The translations under genes were made by a program, and so were the position numbers. A stretch of DNA of 64,000 nucleotides from positions 19,526,768 to 19,590,767 of the forward strand of contig JARFYF010000017.1 in the NCBI GenBank assembly GCA_030265395.1, given 5' to 3'. The notes beneath the pieces were generated by a model. It made no database searches. It was not told where the DNA came from and worked only from the letters and a program-made list of their open reading frames with translations. Positions 36,171-50,289 of this stretch are shown in pieces (the stretch's first letter is position 1; the number at the start of each line of letters is the position of its first letter). This DNA is from Rhina ancylostomus (taxonomy: Eukaryota).

Positions 36171-38459
36171 CTTGCAGTAGCGAAGTGCCAAATTGACATT
36201 TTCTCTCTCAACACAGAACAAGAAAGACAATCCTCATCCCTCTACTTGAACCTTAGCTGAAGCCTGTAACACAGTCTCAACCCACTGTCAAATTTGGACC
36301 TTTCTCAGCACATAAGGACCAGCTAAAGAGGAACTGTGCTCAATGCACTATTGACTTTGAGATTTTCTTCCCCCTCTTAGCAGTTTATCAAAAAGTTGCA
36401 ATTATTCCTCAGTTGTTAGTGGAACTGATAGAATCTCTCAGCGTACATAATATGCTGAGTTGCGGGAAGCTGTTAATTAAAAATAATAATAGTCACATGA
36501 AAGTGAACAGGTGTTGTCTTTTGGGATCCAAGATACTTATTCTAATCTCCACGGATTTCCCTCAGTGCAGATGTGCATACAATACAGAAACTTGAATGTT
36601 ACTGATTTGATGAATTAGAAGTATAAAGCATCTTTATTAGCTTGTGAAGGTTAATGAAATAAAAGTCACCAAATGTTTCTTTTTTAGCATGTACTTCAGA
36701 CAGTAAGTTAAAACCTTTCAAGGTCTCAGTAGCAATCCTTGCATTATTTGTCCCGTGCAATCTTGAGCCACAATTACTGCCTGCAGCTAATTACACTCCT
36801 TACTGCCTTATCTCGGTTACGTGGGAATGTTTCACTGTTTCAGTAAAGGTCACGCTGGATCCCTTCCTAAGTAACCTCTTACAGTGGCAAGTCATGTTCC
36901 ACTGCCAGGGCATGTGTGCTGGCTGATGGGAAGGCTTTAGAGCACAAAGAAGATTGAAAGATACTTTAACAAAAATCAGCCGGTAACAAACATCATTTGT
37001 GGAGTGAAGCAATCCTTTTTTTGCAAAGCTGCTTTTAATACAAGCTTTAATAAACTGCAGCATTATGAGGCTGAGAGACTGGGTAATTGCATGGGAGCAG
37101 TTGTGATGGCCTGGGGCAGCAGTCAAAAACACTAAGTGCAGAGATTGAGCTTCTGAAAAACTTAATTAGACTAGCTTTGGTGTATATATGTGCTCACCTT
37201 CTCCTTCATTGATACATATGCACTTGTTCCTCATTGTTCAGAGAACTGGGGTCTTTTTTGTCATTTGTATGAAACACACACACTTCCTCAAGGCAGTAAC
37301 ATGTGAGAAATCTCCTGTAAAATTGCTGAGAATACAGCCCCCAGACAGCATTGGAATGGAGAGCCTGTCTTCCAAACATGATAAATCTAGACTGGTATTC
37401 AGTGATGCTTCCATTCCTCTAATTTAGAGCAGCCAAATCTCAGGTATTGATGGCCCTGGATTTTGCAAGTGGAAATTATGAGGGGGGCAAACAGTACATA
37501 ACAAGCATACTACAAGTATACTCCAACTGACCAATTGTACAGGCCACTGGTTTAGAATGCTTTGAATGGAGACCTCCTAATTAGGTCATTAAAGAAAATT
37601 GGAGATTAAAAATAAAGAGTTCTTAATAAAGAAAGGTCAATGCCACAAAAAAATGAAGAGAATTATGTTATGTGGGTGGGGGGAAGGGTGGAGAATTGTA
37701 ATTTAAATGCATGATTTTGCAGAGTGAGAGCTTGTGACTGATTCACAGGGAAGAAAATTCATCCTAGGTTCCTCATGTATGCCTCCCAACAGCAGATGTA
37801 CCTTAACGAGGAAAGCAATCAGCTCACAGCCAAAACAGAGAAGGGGATGTTGCACTGGAAAGGCAGAGACAAAAAGACAGAAAATCAAAACAGGAACTCT
37901 AGCAAAGGAATCTGGATTATTGACGTCAACGTAAGTCTGCAAGCAGAATAAAATGTGCCACTAAGGAATTAATTTTGCTCCTGGTCTCACCCCTGAGCAT
38001 GATTGATAATTGTCCAGTTTATTCTGTCATCATTTATTGTGCTGCTATTTCAATGGCAGAAATTGGTGAGTATCTGCAATTGATATGAAGTAAATGTTTA
38101 CACATAAATTTCCCGCCTGTTTGTGGACAGGATGTTTTGCTAAGCTGCAAAAACTTCATTTTAAAGTAAATCATTCTAAGTACAGAATTTGATGTCATAT
38201 TGAGGACCTCCTGAATTTTTCTTAGATTTGTCAATTTTAGTGACTAATTGGGACAGCAGATCAGTGATGAAGGTTATATACAGATGCCTTTACCTCTTCC
38301 CCATTCAATATGTACAAGGTGATTTTTGCATTGAAGTGACAAATGGCCAGAGCCAACATAGCAACTGCTACTGCAGCCAATGAGAACCTCAACAGTATCT
38401 GCTCTGTCCCTAACCCTTGGCCCTAATTCATACACATGCCAACACAAAATGTGAAAATG

Positions 38460-38810
38460 TTACTGTTATTGACAATGCTGGCATGTAATGCAGTGTGTAT
38501 GAATGAGGGCCAAGCTGTCATAACTGAATTGAGTGGCTTCCTGGGCCATTTCAATTCAGAGTTAACAATATTGCTGTAAGTCTGGAGTTATCTCTTGGAG
38601 TCTTGGAGTTATCAGAACATTATCTGAGGTTCATTAATGAAGCAGATGGATATTTAGCATCTTGGTAGTTTCATAGTGATGCTAATTATTTATCCTTGAT
38701 TTACTCAATTGACCGAATTTAAATGAGCCAATTTTCTTGCTAAGGTATGAAAATGGTTCGGTATCACCAGACCAGGGCCTTAGATGACAATTCCAGCAGC
38801 TCAGTCGTTA
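38460..38810 (-). mobile_element. Degraded SINE with a tail resembling the adjacent LINE family
   Basis: 'ttgagtggcttcctgggccatttc..agagttaacaatattgctgtaagtctggagt...ttaatgaagcagatgg...gtttcatagtg' resembles a common elasmobranch SINE in reverse (recalled, not searched). Confidence 0.5.
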
Positions 38811-39054
38811 TTGTCTCTGCAACCATGTCAAACAATGTGAGTTCAGGAGCAACTAGTTCAAGTATTTCAGATCCTTAATGATTAAAACATTCAGTCACAA
38901 TTTGTTATTTGAAAATGTCTCCAAATACCCTGGAGTACTCAATTATCTAGATGCATCTAAGAATCCCTTTACAAGTCATTCCTAATGACCACGCCTGACT
39001 CCTGATCAATAAGGTAATGAATAGGGATGTTGACAGAACTAGCACTTGGTGCCC

Positions 39055-40264
39055 AGTGCTAGTTTGGGTTTTGGCTCCTGAGCTCATGACAGGCATGGAC
39101 AAAACATGGAGCAAGGAACTGAAATCCAGAGGCGAGGAGAGAGTGATTGTCCTTGTCATCAGGACAGGACTTGACAGATTGTGGCATCAAGTAGCCCTGG
39201 TAAAATAAAGTCAATGCACATCAAGAAGAAAACACTCCAAAAGCTCTAGTCAAATCTCACAGAAAGGAAAAAAAGTTGTAGTTGTTGGAGGTCAGCTACA
39301 CCAGCCCCAGAACATAACTGCAGGAGTTCCTCAGGGCTGTGTCCTAGACCCAACCATCCTCAGCTGCTTCATCAATGACTTTCATTCCATCACTAGATCA
39401 GACATGGGGATGTTTGCTAATGATTGCCCGTGTTTATTTCCTGCACAACTCCTCAGCAAGTGAAACAATCCAAGCCTGAAACAAACAGCAAGACCTGGAC
39501 AACATTCAGGCATAGGCTGGTAAATGACACGTAACATTCACACCACAAAAGTTCAAGGCAATAATAATCTCCGATAAGGGAGAATCAAACCACCTACACT
39601 TGACATTCAAAGGCATTACCATTGCTGTGTCCCATTTCATCAACATACCAGGGATAAACAATAACCAGAAACTTAACTGTAGCAGCCATGTGAGCACTGT
39701 GGCTATTGGAATAGGTCAGAGGTTTGTTGGATATTACATGGCGAATCACTAACCATCTGACAGCTTGAAACCTTTCTAGAACACAGATCAGGAAAGTGAT
39801 GGAATATTCCCCACTTACCTGGATGAGTGCATCTCCAACAGTACCCAAGAGATTCAACACCATCCAGGACAAAGTCACCCACCTGATTGGTCGCCCTTCC
39901 ACCATCCTAAACATTCATTCCTTTTGCAACTAGCACACAGTGGCTGCCGTGTGTGTCATCAACAAAATGCACTGCTGTTACTCGCCTACTTCCAGACATT
40001 ACCACCAAGAAGTACAGGGACTTAAGATGCATGGGAACACTACCACCTGCAGGTTCCCCTCTAGGTTGAGCGCCATCCTGACTTGGAAATACATTACCAT
40101 TTCATCATCGTCCCAAGGTGGAACTCCAGCTGCATTCTGGGATACCTTGACCAGAAGGACTGCAGCAGATCAAGAAGATGGTTTCCCAACACCTTCTCTT
40201 GGTTAATTAGGGATAGTGAATAAAGGTTGGCCTTGTCAGCAATGCACAGGTCCTGAAAAATAAA
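39055..40264 (+). mobile_element. CR1/L2-group LINE (family distinct from the CR1s), 5'-truncated RT plus 3' tail
   Basis: TWSKELKSRGEERV...DRLWHQ (ORF 39017-39208), AGVPQGCVLDP (~39320-39350), MFAND (mutated FADD, ~39410-39425), and tail 'ttagggatagtgaataaaggttggccttgtcagcaatgc...aaaaataaa'. Confidence 0.85.
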
Positions 40265-40334
40265 CTGCTCAGAATTGGTAGGTAGAAGACAGAAATAAGA
40301 CTTATATTTATACAAACTGTTTCATGCCAGGAAC

Positions 40335-40670
40335 TTTTAAGGCACTCTACAGCCAATGAAGTGCAGTCACCATTGCAATGTAGGAAAGGCAATAACTAAT
40401 TTCAACATCAGAAATTTTCATAAATAGCATGTGACTACTACTGAATTACCTGTTTTTGTGATGTTGAGTGAGGTATAAATATTGGCTAGGATATAGGCTG
40501 TTGCTGTTCTAGTGAATTGCTGGAAAAGGCTCTTTTATGTCCATCTGAGAGAGTACCTGAAGGACCCTGGTTTAACCTCTAAGCAAAAAGTAGGACATCC
40601 AACTCCCTGGAAATTGCTCAGTACTGCATTGGAGTGTCAATCTTGATCTTTGTTCTCAAGTCTCTAGCGT
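40335..40670 (-). mobile_element. DeuSINE (SacSINE1-like)
   Basis: 'acagccaatgaagtg..gtcaccattgcaatgtaggaaa', 'tttttgtgatgttgagtgagg.ataaatattggc', 'ctcagtactgcattggagtgtca'. Confidence 0.8.
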
Positions 40671-43600
40671 CTGGAAGGAATAGAATACTTCACCTACTCC
40701 CTCAATGCTCATTTACGTCCTTCTTGACAGGAAGATAGTAAAAGTGCTTCAGCGTTGAGAAGTTGCACACGATAAGAGACTGGGTTTGATTTAAACTGAA
40801 CTAAACCATGATATGTGGGGAGATGGAAAAATTTGGGACTCGGAAATAATGGGATAATTTTATTTCTTTAAAAACCTCCCAATGCACAGTGAACAATGGG
40901 AAAAAGCAATGCAAAAACCCAGCTGGTGGACCCCATCTATTTACTGCTGCCCTTATGTCAAGCCTGTTTGTATTTTTGGTGGATGTGAGTCCTAGTGGCC
41001 AGACCTAATCAGGCACATATTAGCAAATGTGGCTCAAGTGATGTTAATTGCGATTGTCACTGTCTAACTACACCCACTTCCCACTCCCTGAGAAGGCAAA
41101 AGTGCTCTCCATTGAGATTGGAGTTCTGACCATCAGGATTCATGTCCAGTGGAAAACAGACTCTACATTGAGCCAGTGAGTGATAAATTGGGTGTGGATG
41201 ATCCGAGTGTGGTGAGGGACTGGCTGCTGTATTTTGGCATTGCTTATCTCTTTTTTTCAATACACAAGGAGGAGTGTAATACAATGTACGTCACCCTCAT
41301 TATTTCTGAGACTCAAATTCCACCTTCTCTCTATATCCTCACTGTCTGGACACTTTTAAAAATCAGTCCCAGGTTATTATCGCAGTTCACACATATTTTC
41401 CCTGCGCTCATCCACTGTATTATCATCTTGTCACACCTGTTTGGTGAGAGTATTCTCAGCTCCTTCTAAATGGCTGCTGTAATTGAAACTCCATTCACCT
41501 GCAGAAAGAGTTACTGATGAAAGTGTCTGCCTTTTTGAACTGTGGCTCNNNNNNNNNNNNNNNNNNNNNNNNNNNNNNNNNNNNNNNNNNNNNNNNNNNN
41601 NNNNNNNNNNNNNNNNNNNNNNNNNNNNNNNNNNNNNNNNNNNNNNNNNNNNNNNNNNNNNNNNNNNNNNNNNNNNNNNNNNNNNNNNNNNNNNNNNNNN
41701 NNNNNNNNNNNNNNNNNNNNNNNNNNNNNNNNNNNNNNNNNNNNNNNNNNNNNNNNNNNNNNNNNNNNNNNNNNNNNNNNNNNNNNNNNNNNNNNNNNNN
41801 NNNNNNNNNNNNNNNNNNNNNNNNNNNNNNNNNNNNNNNNNNNNNNNNNNNNNNNNNNNNNNNNNNNNNNNNNNNNNNNNNNNNNNNNNNNNNNNNNNNN
41901 NNNNNNNNNNNNNNNNNNNNNNNNNNNNNNNNNNNNNNNNNNNNNNNNNNNNNNNNNNNNNNNNNNNNNNNNNNNNNNNNCTGTAATGCAGCATTCCATT
42001 CATATACTGAAAGCAACACAAAGTCATCTCTTTGTGCAAGTCCAAGAAAAACAAAAGCCAATGTTCACGATATTTTCAGGGCACTTCCAATTTCTTTTGG
42101 TGGCTTATTTCTCATAGTAAGCTGTGGAGAATCTTATCATTCATTCTGCCATTCTACTTGTTCATCCTCTGCATTACTCCAAGCAAGAGTCTGGTATGTG
42201 GGTACTGTTATTGAATAGGGAGACCCAGGATGATTTTTAAAAATCTCTTCAGCTGGGCACCTCAGCTGCCCTGGTGTTGTAATTCCAAGGTGGCAGTGGA
42301 CATATATGGAGGTTCTTTAGTTTCTGGCACACTTCCTTCCTTTCCTGGAGTTAAAGGTAACTAAAGTAGAATGACTTATGGCAGCTGGGGGTTGGCTGGA
42401 TTCTGCCCCTCCAATTATCAACCAGCTTATGATACTTGTCGAGTATTAACAACCCCTGTTTAAGTGAGCCATGTTCACCAAATACCTGGTGCCTTGGTCT
42501 GAAGTGTGTGCAGCCTTTCTGCTTGGGTTTGTGTTGCAGGAGGCTCCATCACTCTTGAGTGCAGCATGCAGAGGGAAAAGGCAGCTCCTGCCTCTGAGCT
42601 GTTCTTTAAAATGCAGCATTTGTGCAAGTGCCATTGGTTGCTGACCCATGGAATTTGCGACCAGCAGCCGTTATTACGCTCTGCCTAGCCGAGTCTTTAC
42701 CAAATCTATCCTTCACTTCAGGATTGTTGTCAATTGCAGCTCAGCAACTAGCAGCACCAATGCAATAGAAGTGAGCACAAAGTGAGCCAGTGCTGTTCAA
42801 CAGCCTGACTGAAGCAATGGGTTGAGGAGCAAAAAGAGAACAAAGTCCTTAAAATGAATATTCAGTGGGTAAACAAAACCCATCAAGATTAAAAGGTTCC
42901 TATTATAAGACTATCCCTAAACAAAGCAGGGGACCATCACATTTGACATTTCAACATTGCCTGCTGTATTGTAGCCTGCAATAGAGAAAGCCCTGAGTTT
43001 GTGTATTCTGAGAAATTTGCTGCAGTTAATGGAGATTTGCACCCCTATTATGCAGTGTGAAGAGTTCACAGGATTGAAGGTCAGATACCTCCAGCCTTGC
43101 ACTTTACCAACAGAAAAACTAGTGTAAGTGATGTGTGTAACTGAGTATGACTTACTTATAAAATGATAATGAGGAAGTAAGGCAGTAAGTGAAATGATCT
43201 TTGGGTTTACATAAATATAAAACAGCAATTTGGAAAGTTCTCTTTCACTGTTGGAGAATATTACAGCATATTAGTTTGCTTAATGGTTGAAACAATATTT
43301 TGCTTTTACAACTTCTGAAGTTTTATTTTTATTTTAAACAACCTCCAAACTGAATTAACTATGCTATTCTTAAGCTGCATGTAGTTTAAGAAAAAAATCT
43401 TTTATCTAAAAATAGTTAGGTATTTAGGAACAGCTGCTTAGTTGCTGAAGTCAGGAGTTTTAACTGCATTGTTTTTTTTAAACTGTGATTTATAATTAGA
43501 CCTAGATTTTGCTCCCTTATTGGAAACAGTAGGAGAGCCAAATGGCAGGAAAATACATCTTTCTCTGTGTTTATTGCCCTTGTCAGCTCCCAATATTTTG

Positions 43601-45499
43601 GATGAAAGAGTCAGTCAATTGGTGTTACAGTGAAGAAAATTATTATACATTTGGCAGGGGGGGGGGTTGTTGGTGGGAGTGTGGAATATGTTGAAATAAA
43701 CAGATTTCTTGATGAATTGGAAGTATCATTTTTAAAAAAATAGTTACTGTTAAAAATAGTTACTGCCCATTGAGCCACTTGTTGAATTACTTGGTTTATG
43801 GATTGCTGCCTCAAATTGACCATTACAAGAATTGACATCTCATGGTTAAGTGAATCTTGTAGTAGATCAGACAAGGAAGAGCATTAATGTTGTTCCTGAA
43901 GGCACTTGTTGGCTTAGCTTATCCAAGCATTNNNNNNNNNNNNNNNNNNNNNNNNNNNNNNNNNNNNNNNNNNNNNNNNNNNNNNNNNNNNNNNNNNNNN
44001 NNNNNNNNNNNNNNNNNNNNNNNNNNNNNNNNNNNNNNNNNNNNNNNNNNNNNNNNNNNNNNNNNNNNNNNNNNNNNNNNNNNNNNNNNNNNNNNNNNNN
44101 NNNNNNNNNNNNNNNNNNNNNNNNNNNNNNNNNNNNNNNNNNNNNNNNNNNNNNNNNNNNNNNNNNNNNNNNNNNNNNNNNNNNNNNNNNNNNNNNNNNN
44201 NNNNNNNNNNNNNNNNNNNNNNNNNNNNNNNNNNNNNNNNNNNNNNNNNNNNNNNNNNNNNNNNNNNNNNNNNNNNNNNNNNNNNNNNNNNNNNNNNNNN
44301 NNNNNNNNNNNNNNNNNNNNNNNNNNNNNNNNNNNNNNNNNNNNNNNNNNNNNNNNNNNNNNNNNNNNTTCATGTGTACTGCATTTTCTCGAGTGACGCT
44401 TTACTTAATTCCTGACTTGCCAGCCACAACACTATGATGATTTATACTTTGCAGGTGTTGTGACAAATTTTTAAAACTCATTCAACTCCAATTTAAAAGC
44501 AAGGTACATACCTTTTGCCAGATGAGCAGACGTAAGTCTTTAAGCTTATATAAGTGCATCTTTTTACAACAGAACTCTTAAATTTATTTAATGACAGCTT
44601 TTAACTTTTTTTAGATATAGAATGCATGCCAGTTGATGCCTGTAATCGACATGGAATGTGAAGATCACCTCATAAGATGAATACAAAGCTTGAAGAATCA
44701 TTTTATAACATCTGTGCAGGACTGACAAATTTGATTTTATTTTCCTTAATGGTCAATAACTGAGGCGATTTCTATAACTGCTGTAAGCATAGTGAGTTGT
44801 TTGTTAGTAGATAATAGATTAGAATTTGTGATTGGATTTTACATATCCAAGCTTAACATGTTTATTATCTTGTATGTACAGGTCTAATTATAGTGTTAAC
44901 CTGTTAATACTTGCCTTAGTACAAAATCAACAAGAATATGGTTGGAGCATTTTAAGTGCTAGTATATAAAAGTTGCTGTTTTGAGCTTTACTTTATCGTT
45001 TGTGTTAACACAAGATATTATCTGATCAAAATATTACAGACTTTGACAATTCCTCCTCCATTTCTGTTGTTCTAGGTCTTGACTGTGGCTTCTGGCTTAA
45101 TCATTGGTCTGGCCTTGCAGTCAAATACTGGAATGTGCATCTGAGTAGAACTTGAGTCCATGATATGTTTACCTTTAGCCATCATCTTCCCATCCTCCTC
45201 TTTCTTCTCTATTCTGGAGAGAAGTCTTTGGCCTGCAGTCAGTGTCTCATTTGTCCGAGTTGAAATTGGAGACCATGATGGTGGCTTTCATTGTCACTGT
45301 GATGTCAACCCTGCTACATCCCATAAACAGCTCTGCCTAAGATTCAACAGTATGCACAGTAATCCCATTTCTTTTACACAGAACATATTCTTTAGTTTGT
45401 CATTTAAAATTTGAATTCATATTGTGAAGATGGTTCTCAAAAGGGTAAGATGCATGATTCTGAAACTGAGGAGCAAATTGATTTTATTACTGAAGATTA

Positions 45500-45850
45500 A
45501 AAAGAGATCTGATCCAACAGTTCACAGTGGAGAGGTTTTGATGCTGTAAGTTCAAGAGGCTGTGTTCATTTGGATTATGAGTGCAGAACTGGATGTCTGG
45601 CATTTAACATTACTTATTTTTAATTGATGCTTCTCGCACATGGTGATAGATACATTGAGCAGAATCCCAAATGAGGTAGTTGGCGCATTGGTGCTTAATT
45701 TCAAAAACATTAGCCAGGTAGTATGGTTAAAGGGATTGTTGGAGACTGATGCTCAAATAGTTCATGGAATACAATGGTATACTATGGCTGTGGGGAGAGG
45801 ATGGGGGTTTGCAGTAATTTTGAGGTGAGGCTGGAAGAACATATTCTGTT
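45500..45850 (+). mobile_element. Highly degraded CR1 3' fragment
   Basis: RDLI-like start 'aagagatctgat', 'ttctcgcacatggtgatag', 'aatgaggtagttg', 'tttcaaaa' follow the order of the CR1 C-terminus. Confidence 0.4.
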
Positions 45851-46464
45851 TATTTGATTTACTTTGAGAATTGTGAAATATTTCTACAAAACTTAGTCTG
45901 AGGTGATTAAATTGTAATTCATTTTGGCAGCCATATTATATTGACCATAAGATTTATTATTTTNNNNNNNNNNNNNNNNNNNAGTGCCATTTTTTATATT
46001 GTTTTCAGGTTTTTGGTTACAGTATGTTACCTGTCAATATGTGGTTATGCAGGTTTGTTTATGGAAGGAATGTATTTAGGCAAATGCTAATCATCAATGT
46101 TCAGATAAAAATGTTCAATGCCATTTTCTGTGTGCTGTACAGGTAGTAGTTTGAGAGAGGGAGTGAGACTGAGCTGTGTTATATTATGCAGAGACAATAT
46201 GACTTTGTTTAGGTTATTTATGAAAACAAGTTTGTCTTCCCAGAATTGCTGCTACAGTGAGCAAGAGGATTGGTTCAGCTTTTAATAGGATATGTCCTGT
46301 GATGCATAGTTCTTATTTTTGAAAGAAATTGATGAAATATCTCTGATGGTTTGTTGGTATGAATTGCATTGTTCTTAATTTTGATTGAGTATACTTTGTA
46401 GTCGTCCTCTCTCCAATGAGGGGAATGAAATGCACTTGAAGAATTAAAATACTTTTAAGATTTC

Positions 46465-46590
46465 CAGCAAAAGCGAACTCCTGGAAGAACTTAACTGCTC
46501 AAGCAGCATCTGTGGAGGTTAAAGATGGTAGATATTTCAAGTTGAAACCCTGCATCAAGACGAGAGTGTAGAGGGAAAATAGCAGATGAC
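46465..46590 (-). mobile_element. Penelope pLTR-derived repeat with decayed hammerhead motif
   Basis: Reverse strand reads TTGATGC-AGGGTT-TC-AACTT-GAAA-TATC; forward 'ctggaagaactt...caagcagcatctgtggagg'. Confidence 0.75.
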
Positions 46591-46594
46591 AAAT

Positions 46595-46875
46595 TACAAA
46601 CAGCCAGCTCCCACAAAGAGAAATATGATAATGACCAGATAATCAGTTTTGTTACTGTAGACAAGAACACTACACTTGAAATAATGTCATGAAATTGTTT
46701 CTGAGTGTACAGGCAGCATCACTTCAACAGCTCATGCATGTAATGGACCACGAACCATGGAGTACTTTCTCACTATCGCACTGGAGTGTCAACCTGGATG
46801 ATTGTGCCCAGATCTCTAATGTGGGACATGAACTCATGATCTTTTGACTTAAAGGCAAGAGTGGTACCTGAATGG
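46595..46875 (-). mobile_element. DeuSINE (SacSINE1-like)
   Basis: 'gctcccacaaa...gataatgaccagataatc', 'gcactggagtgtcaacctggat', 'gtgggacatgaactcatgatcttttgactt'. Confidence 0.75.
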
Positions 46876-47650
46876 CAGGTTCAAGGAATGATGCCTTCAG
46901 AAACTGGTACATTCTAATGAAAAGGTGAAATTTATCCATGTCAGCATCTTTCCTTCTTTCTGCAGTTAATGGCTTACCATTTTGAGTAGAGGTACTCAGT
47001 ATAATTTTCTGTTAGATAGCAATGTTTGGAAAGCTAGCAAATGAGATCTTTCAATTAATTTCTCAATTTTGTTTCAAAGTTTTTTTTGGAAATCTAGTAA
47101 ATTGGTCACTTCGTAGAACAAAAGGACAGGTTGACTGATATTTCAGTAGTCTCCACTGATGATGAAAATCCAGCTTTCAATAATTATATTAACTAGAGGA
47201 GGAACATAAACCAATAGAGACCCTGGTATCAAGACTCATAGGATGAAAGAGGATGGAACATCTGATCTTTATCATGCAGAAGCAGAAATTTCCGGAAGAA
47301 TCCTAATGCACTCTGAATTCATTCCAAGTTAACTGATTGGTAAATTCTATTGAGATAGGAAGTGAGCACTTTGCCCTGTCCATGACATCATTATCATGGA
47401 GGCATGGGCAGTGGAGGCTTTGGGGAAGGGGGTATGTTCCTTGTCTACTCTGGGACTTCTATACTTTAAGTCTTTACAACATCTCTGTGGAGTTCACATA
47501 AGTAAAAGATGGCTGAAGTCCTTCTGTCAATGCAATGGAGTACCTTGCAAGACAACAGTGATTTTGTTTCTTGAAATGTTCATCTCTTTCTTTCAGCCCC
47601 AAGAGTCTTATGATTGAGCAGTTCTGGGCTGCTCAATCTTGCAAAGCAAA

Positions 47651-47953
47651 AAGATATAAGATATTTATTTATTAGTCACATGTACATTAAAGCACACAGT
47701 GAAATGCATCTTTTTGTATGACTGAGCATGTGCTGGGGGCAGCCCGCAAGTGTTGCCACTCTTCTGGTGCCAACATAGGATGCCCACAGCTCCTAACCTG
47801 TACGTCTTTGGAATGTGGGAGGAACCAGAGCACCCGGAGGAAACCCACACAGACACACAGGGAGAATGTACAAACTCCTTACAGACAGAGGCCAGAATTG
47901 AAGCTGGGTCGCTGGCGCTGTAATAGCGTTACTGCTACATTACCATACTGCCC
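47651..47953 (-). mobile_element. tRNA-derived V-domain SINE, near full length
   Basis: Reverse V-domain 'cgtctttggaatgtgggaggaaccagagcacccggaggaaacccacac', tRNA-like head at the right end, and tail 'tttattagtcacatgtacat...cacagtgaaatgcatc'. Confidence 0.9.
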
Positions 47954-47964
47954 CTGTAAAATGT

Positions 47965-48265
47965 AAAATAGCTACATTTATCCGGCATCTCTCCTGCTTT
48001 TAGGATGTTTCTACAGTCAAAGTACATTTGTTTGTGACAGCTGAACATTGCAATAAATAACACTGAGGTAACAGACCAGTTAGTCCATTTTGGTTACTGT
48101 TAATGGAGGGTTGTGTTGACTAGAGCACCATAATAACTCCTTTATTTTCCTTAAACACCACCATTAGATCTTGCTTAACAGCCTTTGGAATAACATTCCA
48201 CCTGAAAGTCAGCTTCTCTTCCACTTGCCCTGCCCCCATCTTGCAGCCCTCAGTATTGTTTATTA
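47965..48265 (-). mobile_element. Old DeuSINE-like relic
   Basis: 'gaccagttagtccattttgg...gagggtt', 'aactcct', 'cacctgaaag', 'ccctcagtattg'. Confidence 0.4.
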
Positions 48266-50289
48266 TGCACAGGGGCCAGCCATGCTTAATTGCTGAAGTG
48301 AGACTTGAGAGCACAACTGAGATGGTTTAAGGTGGGTGCTGATGTTGTGCTGCCTTTACAAGCACCAACACCGTGCCACAGGATTCAGATAGCCTCTGTG
48401 TAGGTTTTGAAATGGGGTTTGGGTCTGGGGTTTGCCCCTGGGGAAAGTGTAGAGTCAGCACTTGTAGCACTGTCAAATCACCAGGAATGTTGTAACTGCT
48501 GCTCTAAAGCAATGAATAAAATGATTGCATTTACCATGAATATCCATGCCGGTGTGTCTGATTCAGGACAACCAGGGGTGTTAACTTTGGCTGAAGGAGC
48601 TGAATGGCTTTTGTTGTCCTTGACTATACTGTCTGCTTTTATTTCTCTTCACACATCATTTATTTCTTGAAATTTCTGTTTGAATTTTGGGTGATGCCAA
48701 GGTTATGAATCAGAATAACTATAAAACTGTGCTTTCTGTTTAACCCAAAAATCATGGTAGTGAAAGCTTTTGCCAAAGTTGAAATTGGAGGCATTTATCA
48801 GACAATGGGGCATAGAAAACATCATTTAGTAAGAGCACAATGTTAGTTTTGGTTCTGACGGATGACAAGTGCAACCTAAGTAGGTCAGACAGTAGGAAAT
48901 CTGCCCGTCTCTCTAATTGGTTTTCAGTTGAAGTATTTTCAAACTCATTAATATCATGTAACAGCTAGAATTTTAGTTGCTCTTGTTAGTGAATCATGCA
49001 CCACAGAAAATAAACCCTGCTTGAATTTTTAAGTGCAAAGGTCAGAGTGGATTGTGAAGATGGCAGAGCCCTCCACCCTTATGGCTTTGCATCTATGATC
49101 AAGAAGATTAAGTAACCTTTTCCTTCAAAAGGTTGTGTAAAATTAGTTTTCAGGAGCTCATTGTGGTAAAACAAAGCCTGGGAGAACCTGCAGCTCAAGA
49201 AACAAAGGAGTAGCTTTAGCTTCTTTCTCTCTCATTCACCACCCTTTCTTTCTAGTGACTTAACACAGCAGTAAACACAGTATTCATCTTCACATTATCT
49301 TCCAAACTTGATGAGATCATGCCTCTCTCTAATCACTTTTGCAGGGTTTTTTCAATGAAGCGTGCAGTCAGTTTGGCTTTTATGTGGAGGGTGAAAGTGT
49401 TGAGGTAAAGAAAAAAGAGGGTTGGTGGGGGATGGTACATATTTTACATCGACAGGACCATAATACTTAGAACTGAGATTCAGTTAGTTCAAATTTTTCA
49501 CTTTTTGCATTGTTTAATTAGATGTAACAAACAATTGTGGGTTGTTTTCAAGAAAGAATTCTTCTTTGCCCCAAGATTCAGGAACATTAAAGCAAGGTGC
49601 TGGAGCTGGTGCTTTTCAATATTGAGGTAGGGCCACTTTCTCAACATTGGTCTCCTCATACCTCTGCAGTCTTAGCAGTGATTGCATAATTCTCTGGAAT
49701 GGTTTCAAATTGTCACTAAGCAATTTGTTTTTACAGACTCACTAAGGGAAGATAACAGCTTTTTACTGCAGCACTTTGCAGAGCTGTGAGCAGTTTTGAT
49801 TACATTATAAAAGTGGTATATGAAGATAAATATGCAGATTTGTTGAGGCGTGCTTTGGATGCTTCAAATTCTATAACGTGCAGGATTATTTCACTAAATG
49901 CAGGCACATAGAAGCACTAAATATTTTCTAACCTGTTCTTGCCAAAGTTGAAGAAGAACATTTGTCAAAATCTGGCTATTTACTACACATGTTCAAGGAA
50001 GTGAAGTGTTTTAAATGACCATTCTCTTCAACAAATCAAAAAGTCGTTGATTAATGATATTTTTATGTTTAATCCTACATATCACAATGGGAAAATAACA
50101 GATGATATTTCTATAACACTTATTATGTACTGCAAGTGCCCCAAAGCACTATAAACCATTGTAAGTGAGTTGCAAATTGTGAAGGACGAAGATGGGTTAG
50201 GAGTGCTTTAAGGAAGTAGAGTTTTGAAGTGAGTTTGGAGTGGATTAGGGTTTTGGAGACAATAATTGAAATATAGAAATAAAATCAGA

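Noticed and set aside
45672-45690. let-7-like TGAGGTAGTTGG
   Set aside because: The match ends after 12 nt, there is no hairpin, and it lies in a CR1 relic.
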